DNA of 63,380 nt, filler included, from Octopus bimaculoides (GCF_001194135.2; 4 parts of 4 records of this genome joined end to end with filler, not necessarily neighbours in it); one strand, 5' to 3'. Positions 50,579 to 63,380 are shown, numbered from the whole stretch's first letter. Program-made: numbers and translations. The notes: generated by a model from the letters alone, not told the origin.

Positions 50579-51084
50579 CTTGAAAAAAAAAAAAAGAAAA
50601 AAAACTGGAGCGATATATTAAATAAAAGTGTTAGATACACCATTCCTAAAAAGAACAAGGAGGCGTGGTCATTTCTGGAAGAATTTTGATCATAAGCCTA
50701 CTGAGTCGACCAGTGGCTAAACAACGACAGCATACGTAGTTTCCACAGAACACACATATAAACACAAATGCATGCACACGTCAACACAGCCATAAAATCT
50801 CGTAGATTCACATAAATCCAGAAACAAATATTAATTACATGCGGAGATATTTACAGAGATACACACATGCGCATTTTTACAGCTGAAAAAATACATTCAT
50901 GTGAATATTCATGTATAGAAGTAGCTGTACGCTGTAAAAAAAACGTGCACCGACACAAAAAAAAATAAAACAAGTTTCACATTAATATGTATATGCGTAT
51001 GTACATAATGATTGTATGTATGAATGCACGCTTGTGTATATGCAATGTGGAATCCATAACACACACACACATATGTACAAACAT

Positions 51085-51560
51085 ATATAATCTTTTACCT
51101 TTTACTTGTTTCAGTCATTGGGCTGTGCCATGCTGGGGCACCACTTTGAAGGGCCATAGTCGAACTGATCGCTCTCCGATTCTCATTTTCTAAGCCCTTC
51201 TACTTAATCTATAGGTTCCGCTAAAATACGAGGACGTAAACAAACAGATACCGATTGACAAACAATAGCGAGGGACAAACACAAAGGCACATGCACATCC
51301 ATCCTTCCCTCCCTCCCTCCATCCATCCATCCACCCATCCATCCATCTAACCATTTATCCATGCATCCATCCATTCATCCATCTAACCATCCATTCACAT
51401 ACATTCATACACCCCCCCCCCCCACACAAACACACAACGGTCTCCTTTTAGTTTATGTCCCTCAGATCCACTCTCAAAGATTTACTTTGCACGGGTTATA
51501 GTAAAAGACACACATCTAAGGTGCCACACAGCGGACCTGAGCCCGGAACTATATGGCTGG
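51085..51560 (-). mobile_element. Diverged SINE family B
   Basis: TTTTACTTGTTTCAGTCATTGG..GCCATGCTGG tail and CCCGGAAC..TATGG head remnants. Confidence 0.7.
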
Positions 51561-53697
51561 AATGTGATATCACTAAAAATACAACGTTAATCCAGTGATT
51601 TAAATGTATGTCATAAATGTTATCTCTCCATGAACGAATCCGTAGTGGTTTGAATCGAACTGGACTTTAGATTTTGCCAAACTTTGGTCAGTCGAAGAAT
51701 TACTAACTTCAGTCCAAGAAGAGAAAAACTAGCCTTCAGTTATTTCTAGTTTATGCAATCTACCGTTCTCATTGTTTTAGACTAATTTACGTAACAGTGC
51801 ATTCTCTAACACGATTGGTTAATTTGCTCATTGTGCAATACATAATCTTGTTAGATAATTCAGAAAGTAATATACCTAAACACACACATGCATACACACT
51901 CACAAACACACACATATATATATATATACACACACACACACACCCATATACAAACACATTAATAGATAGATGCACATATGCGTATGTATCAGAATTCTAG
52001 GAACTTTCAAGAGAACGTGATATAATTCTTATCTTTTTTGGAATATTGGATGCTGAAGCCCATCATATAAGGTTGTATAGGATCTTGTCCCACGGGCAGA
52101 CTTCGACTTATCCTATCCGAAAGGGTTTTTCAATATTTACATTCTATTATTCATAGTTTTATTACTGCTGTGCGATATGCATCGTGATACAATGTTCCCA
52201 TATATATATATATATATATATATACATCAATATAGACTTATATATATANNNNNNNNNNNNNNNNNNNNNNNNNNNNNNNNNNNNNNNNNNNNNNNNNNNN
52301 NNNNNNNNNNNNNNNNNNNNNNNNNNNNNNNNNNNNNNNNNNNNNNNNNNNNNNNNNNNNNNNNNNNNNNNNNNNNNNNNNNNNNNNNNNNNNNNNNNNN
52401 NNNNNNNNNNNNNNNNNNNNNNNNNNNNNNNNNNNNNNNNNNNNNNNNNNNNNNNNNNNNNNNNNNNNNNNNNNNNNNNNNNNNNNNNNNNNNNNNNNNN
52501 NNNNNNNNNNNNNNNNNNNNNNNNNNNNNNNNNNNNNNNNNNNNNNNNNNNNNNNNNNNNNNNNNNNNNNNNNNNNNNNNNNNNNNNNNNNNNNNNNNNN
52601 NNNNNNNNNNNNNNNNNNNNNNNNNNNNNNNNNNNNNNNNNNNNNNNNNNNNNNNNNNNNNNNNNNNNNNNNNNNNNNNNNNNNNNNNNNNNNNNNNNNN
52701 NNNNNNNNNNNNNNNNNNNNNNNNNNNNNNNNNNNNNNNNNNNNNNNNNNNNNNNNNNNNNNNNNNNNNNNNNNNNNNNNNNNNNNNNNNNNNNNNNNNN
52801 NNNNNNNNNNNNNNNNNNNNNNNNNNNNNNNNNNNNNNNNNNNNNNNNNNNNNNNNNNNNNNNNNNNNNNNNNNNNNNNNNNNNNNNNNNNNNNNNNNNN
52901 NNNNNNNNNNNNNNNNNNNNNNNNNNNNNATTTGCTCATTGTGCAATACATAATCTTGTTAGATAATTCAGAAAGTAATATACCTAAACACACACATGCA
53001 TACACACTCACAAACACACACATATATATATATATACACATATATATGCAATGTATGCGTGCTTTTTCGCCCATGCGTATGTGTGTGCCGATTATATATA
53101 AAACATATATCTATAGAAATTATATATGCGTGTGAGTGAGTATGCGTGTATGTATGCGTGTGGTTGTGTTTGCACGTGTGTATGTGTGTGTGTATTTTTG
53201 TGTAGTATTGATTTTTAAATTAGGTGCACAGTCACCCATCTGGGTGGGCGGTGTAATGGATGGAATTCACTCCAATTATTGATAGATGTCTTTTGATACC
53301 AGAAAGACGATGAAATATAAAGACAATAGCACCTGCGATGCGAAAATACAGTCCAACCCACCCTCAAACCCACACACACTGTTCTTTTAAATATGGAAAG
53401 AATATATCGGTTGAGGAAGTCATTGATATCGCGATTAAAGATAAGATCGAACGCCTTTGATCTTGTTTCTTCTCGTCAAAATCTAATGATCCGGGTCTAT
53501 TGAACATCACCCTCCTCATCGCCCTCGTTTTCGGTCGTCGTCATCATCATCTTCATCATTACCATTAAGATACCACCCTCAGCAACAATGCTACTAAAAA
53601 TGCAGAATTTACTCAATATTTTTTTAATGCATGTATTTATTATTTAGAAATAATAGATTTCTAAATTTCTCAAAGAGACTTAAGCAGTAGTGATGCG

Positions 53698-53957
53698 ATA
53701 AAGTAGTTGTATACTGCCAACTTAACGTGACAGTCCCAATAAGGGAATATACTTGCCTTCCCCTCGCAAAGATAAGGACACAGGAAATGTGTCAAGGCCT
53801 AATAGGAAGCGGTCTAGCTTCCTAGGGCTAAATAGCAGTAGTATATTCCCTTNNNNNNNNNNAATAGGAAGCGGTCTAGCTTCCTAGGGCTAAATAGCAG
53901 TAGTATATTCCCTTATTGGGACTGTCACGTTAAGTTGGCAGTATACAACTACTTTAT
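53698..53957. repeat. Perfect ~56-bp inverted repeat around a small gap
   Basis: ATAAAGTAGTTG...GGGAATATACT (about 53699-53754) versus its reverse complement ending about 53956. The spacer contains a gap-flanking direct duplication. Confidence 0.85.
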
Positions 53958-53986
53958 TTATTATTTATCTTCTATATAAGGCAGCA

Positions 53987-54200
53987 AGCTGGCCGAATCG
54001 TTAGCACGCCACGCAAAATGCTTAGAGGCATTTTGTCCTTCATTACATTCTGAGTTCAAATTCCACGGAGGTCGACTTTGCCTTTCCATCCATTCGTAGT
54101 CGATAAAATAAGTGCCAGTCAAGCTCTAGTGGCAATGTAATCAACCATCCCTCTGCCCCCAAATATCAGGTTTTGTTCCTACAGTGCAAAGGGTTAGTTA
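53987..54200 (+). mobile_element. SINE family A
   Basis: AAGGCAGCAAGCTGGCCGAATCGTTAGCAC...GAGGTCGACTTTGCCTT. Confidence 0.85.
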
Positions 54201-54399
54201 TTCTCTATTTACTAATGGATTTAATAAATCTATTGTTTATTAATCGATTCCCAAGCATATTTAGGAGCTCCGCTGCTGCTTGAAAGTGGGGTGTCATATG
54301 TCACGGTCTGACGAGTGGTTTAGCTCCAGATTTTATCACTTTGACTCATTTGAATTAACAAAGTTAATATATATAGTATGATTATTCTGATTTATATAT

Positions 54400-55140
54400 T
54401 GACTTAGGAGTAATTGTTGAAGCAATCTCCGCTGGAGTGCCCACATCAACAATAAAGTCGATATAGCTTGTAAGATGAGATCTTGGATCCTAACAACCTT
54501 CCGGTCCAGAGAAAAAAGTGTCCTCATTCCTCTTTTCTCTTCCTTTGTACGGCCACACATAGGATACTGCTGCCCCCTGTGATCACCCCACACAAAATAA
54601 AATATTTGGAGAATTGATTCACCCCGGACGGCATTCACTAAAAGAATTAATGGTATGTCTGATCTTGATTATTGGGATCATCATAAAGCATTGAACGTCT
54701 ATTCTGTCCAGCGCTGCCGTGAGCGATACAGCATTTGTACAATTCGGAGATTATATAGCACCAGCATTGCTCAAACGACCTTAACGTTAGTTTCAAAATT
54801 CATATAAAACAAGAAGTACGTGCTATACGTCCCTTACCCAATTCAGGATTACAACACATAGATACACAGAAATACAATTTCTTTTCCCGAACCTGCCCTG
54901 CTCTATTTTCACATTGCCCCCAAACAAATAAAAGACGAAGATATTATCACCTTCAAACGGAATCTGGACAAATTTCTTCAAGGGATACCAGATAAGTCAC
55001 ATATAACTGGAACTCCCTACTTGAATCGGCCATAATACCACAAACCTTGGCTTAAAAAGGATTTAGCAAATTCTGTCAGGTGGTGCTAGTAAGTTAAACA
55101 TGGCCTGGACCAATCTTTGGTCGAAACACATCTAATTTTA
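54400..55140 (+). mobile_element. CR1/L2-like LINE 3' portion, copy 2 of the 11880 family
   Basis: Collinear with 12135-12845, including the 3' terminus. Confidence 0.88.
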
Positions 55141-56329
55141 TCTAAATTTATATAAATAAATTTGTAGATATTCAGTGTGAGAGGGACAGACGACTGAGAG
55201 ACAGACGAAGAGACAGTTTGCTAGATATATACATACTAAGACAGAAATACAGTAAGGAAGTTATTTATACACAAAAATATGCATGAATGCACACATAAAC
55301 GCCTAAACGCATCAATATATAAGTAAATGTATATGTATGCGTGTGTATGTGTCCGTGAATTTGTGCATATTTATAATTATAATATCAACACAGAGAGGTA
55401 ATATCTATTCCCATTTAAACGTGGATCTTCGGTTAGAATAAACTCTACTGCGGCAGATATCACACAGCTAAATAGAGACCTCATATATATATATATATAT
55501 ATATATCGCACACACAGAGACAGACATGTACATTCAGACTTAGACTTATACACAGATAAACGCTTATATGCCATATTACATAATTTTTATATCTGACATG
55601 TATCTAAGTATACATGTAACACAAACGTAAGCAGCATTGTGCAATATATGTCTACATGAATGGTTCTCTATGATGCTTTAGAGGAAAAATCAGTATCAGA
55701 GCTGTTATCAAATGATATGCAAATTACAACAGACATTAGAGACATTGACAATTGTCCTGCTACGACGTCAGCGTCTTTCATAATGCAATCAGCCATTGGA
55801 GTGTATTTGAAAAGAATTGCTTCGGACTTACTTCGTTTCTGCTGCAAATAGTTTGAGAATGACCGTTTGCGATTTGTCTGTGACTTCATATATTTATATA
55901 TGAATGTGTGTGAATGTGTGTATGTATGTATATATGTATATGTATGTATATACATATTTGAATATATGCATATATATGTATGTATTTATATGTGTATGTG
56001 TATANNNNNNNNNNNNNNNNNNNNNNNNNNNNNNNNNNNNNNNNNNNNTTAATTAATTAANNNNNNNNNNNNNNNNNNNNNNNNNNNNNNNNNNNNNNNN
56101 NNNNTATATATATATATATATATATTGCGGAGGTGTACTTGCATGGCAAGTGACCTGATCTGAGATCATGTGCTGGAACGAAAACAATTGCAGTGTGGAA
56201 GGTGTTTATAAGCCATTTAAAATAACACTCAAAAACTGTTAGATTCACTTCAACATTTAAAATTAATTTGTAAAAATATTTTCGTCGCTTTGAGACCGCG
56301 ACCTGTTCACTGACAAAATTCTGTGCTGC

Positions 56330-56600
56330 ATCTGTCTAATTGGCTATACAAATGCATGTGCAAAACAACTTTTTGCACTGCCCTGATTATCCATATCAGG
56401 GTAATCCCTTTTCGCAGGAGCTAGGATGGCAATCTGTGATGAAGCAATTGCTGGCAATCTGTTGCTACACAGTTTTGCGAGAATTCTATCAGATTGGGCA
56501 GAAGATGTTGATGCACCATTTTGCATTATGTTCAAAGTAGCTTCTGGAATGTGGTGAATTTCTGCAGTCTATTGCTGTCATTTTAAACTGGTTACCGTCT
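56330..56600 (-). mobile_element. Possible Tc1/mariner DDE remnant
   Basis: NIMQNGA loosely resembles the FQQDGA motif; weak. Confidence 0.25.
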
Positions 56601-56734
56601 TTCCCCAGCAAACTCTCTTCTTTGGAGGCATAATCTATGTACATATTAAACAGAATAACAAAAGTTATAATAGATGGCAGGGTCGGTACTTTTCACATAT
56701 CTGTCATTTTTCAGATTAACACCCACACGATTAC

Positions 56735-56882
56735 CCAACCCTAATCCTAAACCTAATCCTAACACTAATCCTAAACCTAAAACCCTAACCCTGACCCTAA
56801 AACCGTAACTGTAACACTAATCCTAACCCTAACCGTAACCCTATCCCTAAACCCTAACCCTGACCCTAAAACCCAAACCCCC
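56735..56882. repeat. Degenerate interstitial (CCCTAA)-like tract
   Basis: About 20 variant CCCTAA/CCTAAT/CCCTGA units. Confidence 0.9.
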
Positions 56883-58740
56883 TCGTGAAAATCGTGGTAT
56901 ATTTACAAAACATTGACGAACATGAGTAATATTTTACTGAATGATTGTGTACTTGCACGTGTATGCGTTTGAGAGCGAGAGAGAAAGAGGTAGAGAGAGG
57001 GGGAGAAAGGAATAGAGGCAGTTAAAAGTTTTCTTATGACGGCTTCTCTTCACTGCCTATTACTTCATTAGAAATCTACGGATGCACATACGCACATATA
57101 GAGAAAAATGAAACAAATATGGACGACTTGCTCTGAAACACCACTGAGTGGGGAACACTTCTCTAAATAACCTGCAGTTGTTTCCTTCAAAATTCCTACA
57201 TACTCGAAATGTACATACATCAAGGTATATTTGTAGAAAATTTCACGAAAAAATATTTATTTTCCTGGAAGTTAAGAGGAATTTAAGTGGAATTTCCGAA
57301 AATTGGCCCCCNNNNNNNNNNNNNNNNNNNNNNNNNNNNNNNNNNNNNNNNNNNNNNNNNNNNNNNNNNNNNNNNNNNNNNNNNNNNNNNNNNNNNNNNN
57401 NNNNNNNNNNNNNNNNNNNNNNNNNNNNNNNNNNNNNNNNNNNNNNNNNNNNNNNNNNNNNNNNNNNNNNNNNNNNNNNNNNNNNNNNNNNNNNNNNNNN
57501 NNNNNNNNNNNNNNNNNNNNNNNNNNNNNNNNNNNNNNNNNNNNNNNNNNNNNNNNNNNNNNNNNNNNNNNNNNNNNNNNNNNNNNNNNNNNNNNNNNNN
57601 NNNNNNNNNNNNNNNNNNNNNNNNNNNNNNNNNNNNNNNNNNNNNNNNNNNNNNNNNNNNNNNNNNNNNNNNNNNNNNNNNNNNNNNNNNNNNNNNNNNN
57701 NNNNNNNNNNNNNNNNNNNNNNNNNNNNNNNNNNNNNNNNNNNNNNNNNNNNNNNNNNNNNNNNNNNNNNNNNNNNNNNNNNNNNNNNNNNNNNNNNNNN
57801 NNNNNNNNNNNNNNNNNNNNNNNNNNNNNNNNNNNNNNNNNNNNNNNNNNNNNNNNNNNNNNNNNNNNNNNNNNNNNNNNNNNNNNNNNNNNNNNNNNNN
57901 NNNNNNNNNNNNNNNNNNNNNNNNNNNNNNNNNNNNNNNNNNNNNNNNNNNNNNNNNNNNNNNNNNNNNNNNNNNNNNNNNNNNNNNNNNNNNNNNNNNN
58001 NNNNNNNNNNNNNNNNNNNNNNNNNNNNNNNATATAAGCAAAAATTTAGATTCAGATGAATATGGTACTTAAGTTGAGGCACCAGAATTTAGTATGGTAT
58101 TATCCATACAATTTCAAAGTAAGGTGATTAAAATCAAAATAAGCAACAGGGATATCCAGAGGTAATGCAGTACGATCGTTTCATGCAATGCTATTTAATT
58201 GAACAATGCAATCATTGCATCAATTTAAAATGCAGAGCAATCTTCAGTTGCACAAAGACATAGAATTTAATTAAATTAGAACACATGGACACATTAGTAT
58301 AATTAAACCTAAAATCTCCAAGAGGTTAAGGAGATAGACAATGAACATGCTATCTCACTCCAGTTGAGAAGTTACTGATTATTCAAGAAGATATACATTG
58401 TTACAGACTCTGCCTGTCACTGATTTTTTTGTTTTTTTGGGGTCAGTTTTTATTTATAGACTAGTTTATCAAATCCCTTGTATATCTAAGGTTGAGAGAA
58501 CAGAGGGCAGTATTTGTTAGGGGTAGGGCTGAGGGAGCAGACAGACATCATAGTTGGTTTAGTTATAAAAATCAAGATTTATTAGAAGCAATATCATGAG
58601 GTTTGGTAAAGGAAAATTTAAAACAAGATGTTAGCCTATAATTAAGGGGGTCACCCCCTAGCAGACCATTGATAATGAAACAGGGGAAGTCTCATCATGT
58701 AGTACTATTGTTAAATATTTTAAACAATGTTGCTATATTG

Positions 58741-60430
58741 TATACAGTTAAAGTTTAGGGTATTCAAAGGATTATTAAGAAGGACAGAAATTTATGAATA
58801 CTTTTGGGTATATACCAAACTTTTACCACAATAGAAGGAGGAAAAGAAATTATCCAGAAATAGTTTAATACTTATACATATTGTACACTTAAATACTAAC
58901 TCATCAGATGATATCTGTGAATATTGATTAATTGGTATATACTGGTATTAACAAAGGAGTATTGAGATAAAGGAACATGCTAATTATATATTAATAAAAT
59001 TATAATCTAAGCAGTATTTTTTTTATAAGTAGTGAATATACCAGTATAGTTTTATATAAGCTAAGTATGAATTTATAGAGATACAAAAATTAGATTAATT
59101 TTATAAATAAATAAAGGCTAATTCTAAAATAATAAAAAAAATAAAGTAAAATAATCAAGTAGGGCAGAACACCACAGAAAAGAAATAAAATGGCTTAATT
59201 ACAAATAGTATGGTAAAGTATATGCAGCTTATTAACACCAATAGAGAAGATTTTTAGAAAAAGTATAACAATTCAAAATATATTAGACTAAAAATTATAT
59301 ATTTACTTATTTAGCTGATATCAATAAAAGAATGATGTCTGGTATCGGCTAAAGGAATATTTAAGTCATGGAACATTCATATTTTACACTAATCTTTCTT
59401 TATATAAACTATTATTATAAGTTTAAGAAGTTATTATTGTTACTCCTTACAAGATATTTATAGTTTCTTAGTGGTACTTGTTTAAAAGGGTTATTTATAT
59501 AAAGGCCCTTATAAATACTAAGATCAGGAGGGTAGAGCTATTTAAGAAAGAGATAAATCAAGTAATTTCTAAAGATCATTTCAAACAATATTGTCTTATT
59601 ATATAAAGTTAAAATTTAGGGTAATCAAGAAGATTATTAAAAATGAAAATTTTAACAAAAGGATAAAACTTCTTTGAATATTTTGAGTATATACCAAATT
59701 TTTACCACAATAGAGGGAGGAAAAGAAAATTGCAAAGGAATAGTTTAATATTTATTTACTTATTACTTCTGAGGTTAAAGAACATGTCAACTATATGCTG
59801 ATTTAATTAAATTGAACTATTTTAAGTTGTCAAGATACAGGTATTACCTTATATAAGCTGAGTACGAATTAATAGGGGTACAAGGATTAGATTTATTTAA
59901 GGCTACTATAAAAACAATAATAAAATGATCAGTTAGGGTAGAGCATCACAGAAAAGGAATAAAAACAGTTTAATCACTAAAAACCATAATAAAATATCCA
60001 TACCTTATTAACTTCAATATCAAGTATCTAAAGAAAATGTATAATGATTTAAGTATTATGAGTTAAAAATTGTTAATTAACTTATTTAGCTTATTATAAT
60101 CAGGACTGAAACCTGGTATTGGTTAAAAGAATAATTGTTGTTAAAAGGACATGCTAATCATACTAATATTAAATTAAGAGGTATAATATAGATTTGAAAA
60201 GTTATTTGTGTTAATCTATAAATGCTATTACAGCTTCTTAGGGGTACTTAATTAAAAGGGCTGTTTATATAAGGCCAATATAAATACCAAAATTAAGAGA
60301 ACGGAACACTTTAAAAAAGGGATAAAAAAGTTAGTAACTAAAACTATTTTAAGCAATATATCATTATTGTATAAAGTTAAAATTTAGGGTTATCAGGAAG
60401 ATTTATCATTGAGGTGAGAGAACAAATTTA
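58741..60430. repeat. Old higher-order tandem array (~390-bp monomer, ~770-860-bp dimer)
   Basis: TATA(A/C)AGTTAAA..TTAGGGT at 58741, 59602 and 60370. AGGG(C/T)AGA.C...AAA.G.(A/G)ATAAA-type anchors at 59161, 59529, 59935 and 60296. Confidence 0.85.
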
Positions 60431-60854
60431 CTATAAATTAGTTAAATTCTAATTTAAGCAGTTTGATTTTAAGTTGTGAAGAGTAGGGCAGGATGCATCG
60501 TTAAAATGGCTCTTCCCATGGATCACAAATTAAATTTGTATATACAAATTAAACTGTACAATGGAGGTTTGTAGTGGCAGACAGAAAACAAGACAGGAAA
60601 ACAAACAGAAAAGAAAACAAGACAGGAAAACAAACGGAAAAGGCTATATGGCCAGACGTGAAAAATTATGTGTATGTGGAAAGCAACGAACTGGAAGCGG
60701 GACAGTAGTTTGCGTGTTTGCTTGGCGATAGCCAAGGAAGAAAAGAATTAGTACGTGGACACATGTGACCACGAGAGGTTAGGAAGAGAGAGTGATAGAG
60801 GGAGAAAAAAGGGGAGGAAGTAGAAAATAGGTGAGCAATGAGAGAAAGAAAGGA

Positions 60855-60992
60855 AGAGAGAAATATAGTAGTAACAGAAGGAAGAACGAGAGGGGGAAAG
60901 AGAGAGATATAGTAGTAACAGAGGAAGAACAAGAGGGGTAAAGAAAGAGATACATAGTAGTAACAGAAGGAAAAACGAGAGGGAGAAAAAGA
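60855..60992. repeat. About 45-bp purine-rich minisatellite x3
   Basis: ATAGTAGTAACAGA(A)GGAA.AAC.AGAGGG occurs three times. Confidence 0.85.
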
Positions 60993-61349
60993 TATAGAGA
61001 TAGAGATAGATAGAGTCGCGTCAGAAAATATAAAGTTCAAAACTACTTACAGGGAATGACGCAGGCGTTCAATCATGTAAAACAAATAATAAATGAGTAT
61101 ATGCATATATACGTACAAGTATGTGCATACCTATGTCTACCTGTATATATAGGTGCATATCTGGGTACAGGACATTGCAAACAAAACGTAGACAAAAAAA
61201 ATAATAATAACCATATATATATATATATACACATATCCATATATATATATATATATTGTAAATCCAAAAAATAACAACAAAAATACAAAGGATTCTGCGG
61301 TACACGTGTTTCAAGCTTTATATCAGTGTATAATATACAATACATATAT

Positions 61350-61590
61350 ATCATATCTATAAAACTCGAGATGTGTGTGTGTGTGTGTGTGTACATGAAT
61401 GTAGTTTATGCACGTCCACAAATTAGCACACATGTCGCTCCAATTTTAGGAGATGTGTCATGACCTTATCTGCATTTTCACCAAGTTTTTCTCTCAGAGG
61501 CACCCGCGTATAGCTGTAAAAATCAATTAACTTTTACCAATTTTGAAGTTTGTTGACATGGTGAAGTCAAATCTGTGCGTACGCGCGTGA
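61350..61590 (+). mobile_element. Non-autonomous Helitron-like 5' end
   Basis: TC(A)TATCTATAAAACTCGAGA(TG)n start, resembling 36804. Confidence 0.45.
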
Positions 61591-61751
61591 AGGAGAGAGA
61601 GAGAGAGAGAGAAATTGTATGTTTGTGAGCGGGAAGGTGAAGGAGAGATGCATTTTGTTTGCCAGCGTCTGTGTGGTAAGCAGCAAACAACAAGCAAAAA
61701 GAAAAAAACGCAGCAAACAACAAGCAAAAAGAAAAAATACCTTCTCTCTCT

Positions 61752-62054
61752 CTCTCTATCTCTCTCTCCCTCCCTTACACACACATGCCAGTTATCTCTC
61801 TTTCTTTCTTTCTTTCTTTCTCACACACACACACAGCAACATTACACACAAAACACATGTTGCCAAAAAGAAATACACGCTATCTTTTTATAGTGAGTAT
61901 GCGAGACAGAAAGTGTGGTGTGTATGTGATGTTCTTTTGTTAGTGTGAGAGAGCAACATGTGTGTGTGTGAGACAGGGAGGGAGAGAGAGAAAGAAAGAA
62001 AGAAAGAAAGAGAGATAACTGGCATGTGTGTAAGGGAGGGAGAGAGATAGAGAG
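61752..62054. repeat. About 70-bp near-perfect inverted repeat with ~160-bp spacer
   Basis: CTCCCTCCCTTACACACACATGCCAGTTATCTCTC(TTTC)5 versus its reverse complement at 61987-62054; differs by one CA and one CT unit. Confidence 0.9.
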
Positions 62055-62358
62055 GGAGAGCGCGCTCTCTCTGTCTCTTTCGTGTTCTGTCCCAACACTT
62101 TTTATGGAAACTGCCGAATTGATTTAAACAAACCCATGTGGTCTGATTTTCACGTTTCTAGGTATTGTACCGTAAATCGCCATTTCCAAAATATATTTAT
62201 TTTAAATCATTTATCCGTATTTATCTGTATATATATGTAAGACAAGGTGTGTGTGTTTTGTTGATATACGGGCAACACACACACACACGAACATGTATGC
62301 GTACAAAAAATATGTATGCAATTGGTGTACATACGTGCGTGTGTGTATGTGTGTTGCT

Positions 62359-62419
<61 letters not shown>

Positions 62420-63094
62420 GGTGATTAACTGAATATTAATTCAATTTAAAACCAAGTGGCCTAGCATATAACAAATCTGAAAATTCAGAAAAAATTGTAT
62501 TACACATGTATAAAGGATGACCACTAGGTGGACATCCAATATGCTAGAAAGAGGTCATCAACGACCCAACCACAAACAAAAATAATGTTCTCCAGAAAAA
62601 TTTCGCAAAACGCCAGAACAGGACAAAATGAGAAATATACAGAATAAAGAATTATCTATGAACTGCTGCAGTTTCGAACATTAACGTTTTACTTTCGTAA
62701 CATCCGTGTCCTCATATAAGACTTTGTTGTGATCTGAACAGAACCGCTTCTGACACAGAGAATCGGGAGCCCTTTTGGTCATTTTTTCCTTGCTGGAAGG
62801 GTTCCTAACCCATGGGCAAAGAGGGGTTAGATGATGGCGGTGGTGTTTTCAAAGGGATGGCATGTGTAACCTGATCACCTCTGCCGATCAAACTCCCAAC
62901 CCATGCGCTCCAGTTGCAACACTGATTCTGCCCAAATTTGATGTTATGTTATTTAGTTTGGTTTGAAATAAAGAACTTGATTAGCGGGCTATTTAAGCTA
63001 GTCGTGTGCATACGTGCATATATATGTATGTATACGTCCGTATATGTAAGTATACTGTTTATATACATGTATTTGTATTTATGTACTAGAGTAT

Positions 63095-63156
63095 ATTCCA
63101 CTGATGAAGGCAGAACATTATTATTTATGCAAAGCCAGAAATCCAGGATTTGGAAT
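63095..63156 (+). ncRNA. Hammerhead-ribozyme-like motif (type I, minimal helix III)
   Basis: ATTCCA-CTGATGA-A-GGC(22)GCC-A-GAAA-TCC-A-GGA-TT-TGGAAT; 6-bp stem I. Confidence 0.45.
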
Positions 63157-63380
63157 TATCTTATTTACTGGTTAATTTGGTCTTCGTCTTCGCTAATCGT
63201 GCGATGCGGACATTTATTGTGGTTTTAGAGTCAGGATTTGACTGCTATTTTTTCAGTGTGGTGGTATCTCTTGATACCCTGTATTATAATTTTAAATAAT
63301 TATTACCTTTGATGGTTTTTATTCCCATGCTGACCACTTGATAAGATCAATATTTTAAATATCGATCTTATCCTTATTTA

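Noticed and set aside
51825-53040. About 110-bp duplication across a gap
   Set aside because: The copy at 52930 starts exactly at the gap edge, typical of contig-end overlap.
56049-56060. TTAATTAATTAA island
   Set aside because: Same synthetic linker.
58030-60500. Possible NUMT (cox2/nad2/atp6-like composition)
   Set aside because: Strand bias is mitochondrion-like, but no diagnostic motif (GQCSEICG, LGGLPP, WQKLAP) could be recovered, and the internal periodicity does not fit mitochondrial genes.

Overview
AT-rich, microsatellite-dense animal genomic DNA with many N gaps. The SINE families and repeat landscape point to an octopus or other coleoid genome (inference). Most of the window is intronic or intergenic and made of tRNA-derived SINEs, decayed LINEs (R4/Dong-type, RTE, CR1/L2-like), Helitron, mariner and hAT/MULE-like remnants, and Penelope-like pieces. 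The only well-supported host coding sequence is a pair of minus-strand exons at 32.6-33.1 kb. They encode the C-terminal half of a DOMON domain of the DBH-like monooxygenase (MOXD1) type, with an in-frame TAG at the domain end. Main leads: several minimal hammerhead-ribozyme-like motifs; the amber-interrupted DOMON exon; SINEs with swapped head and tail modules, including one with twin-priming geometry; three long fold-back repeats; a complete TIR element carrying a SINE tail; and an old ~390/800-bp higher-order tandem array. Almost all ORFs in the supplied track are microsatellite or gap artefacts, or TE remnants. All alignments were done by eye and family names come from motif recognition, not database searches.
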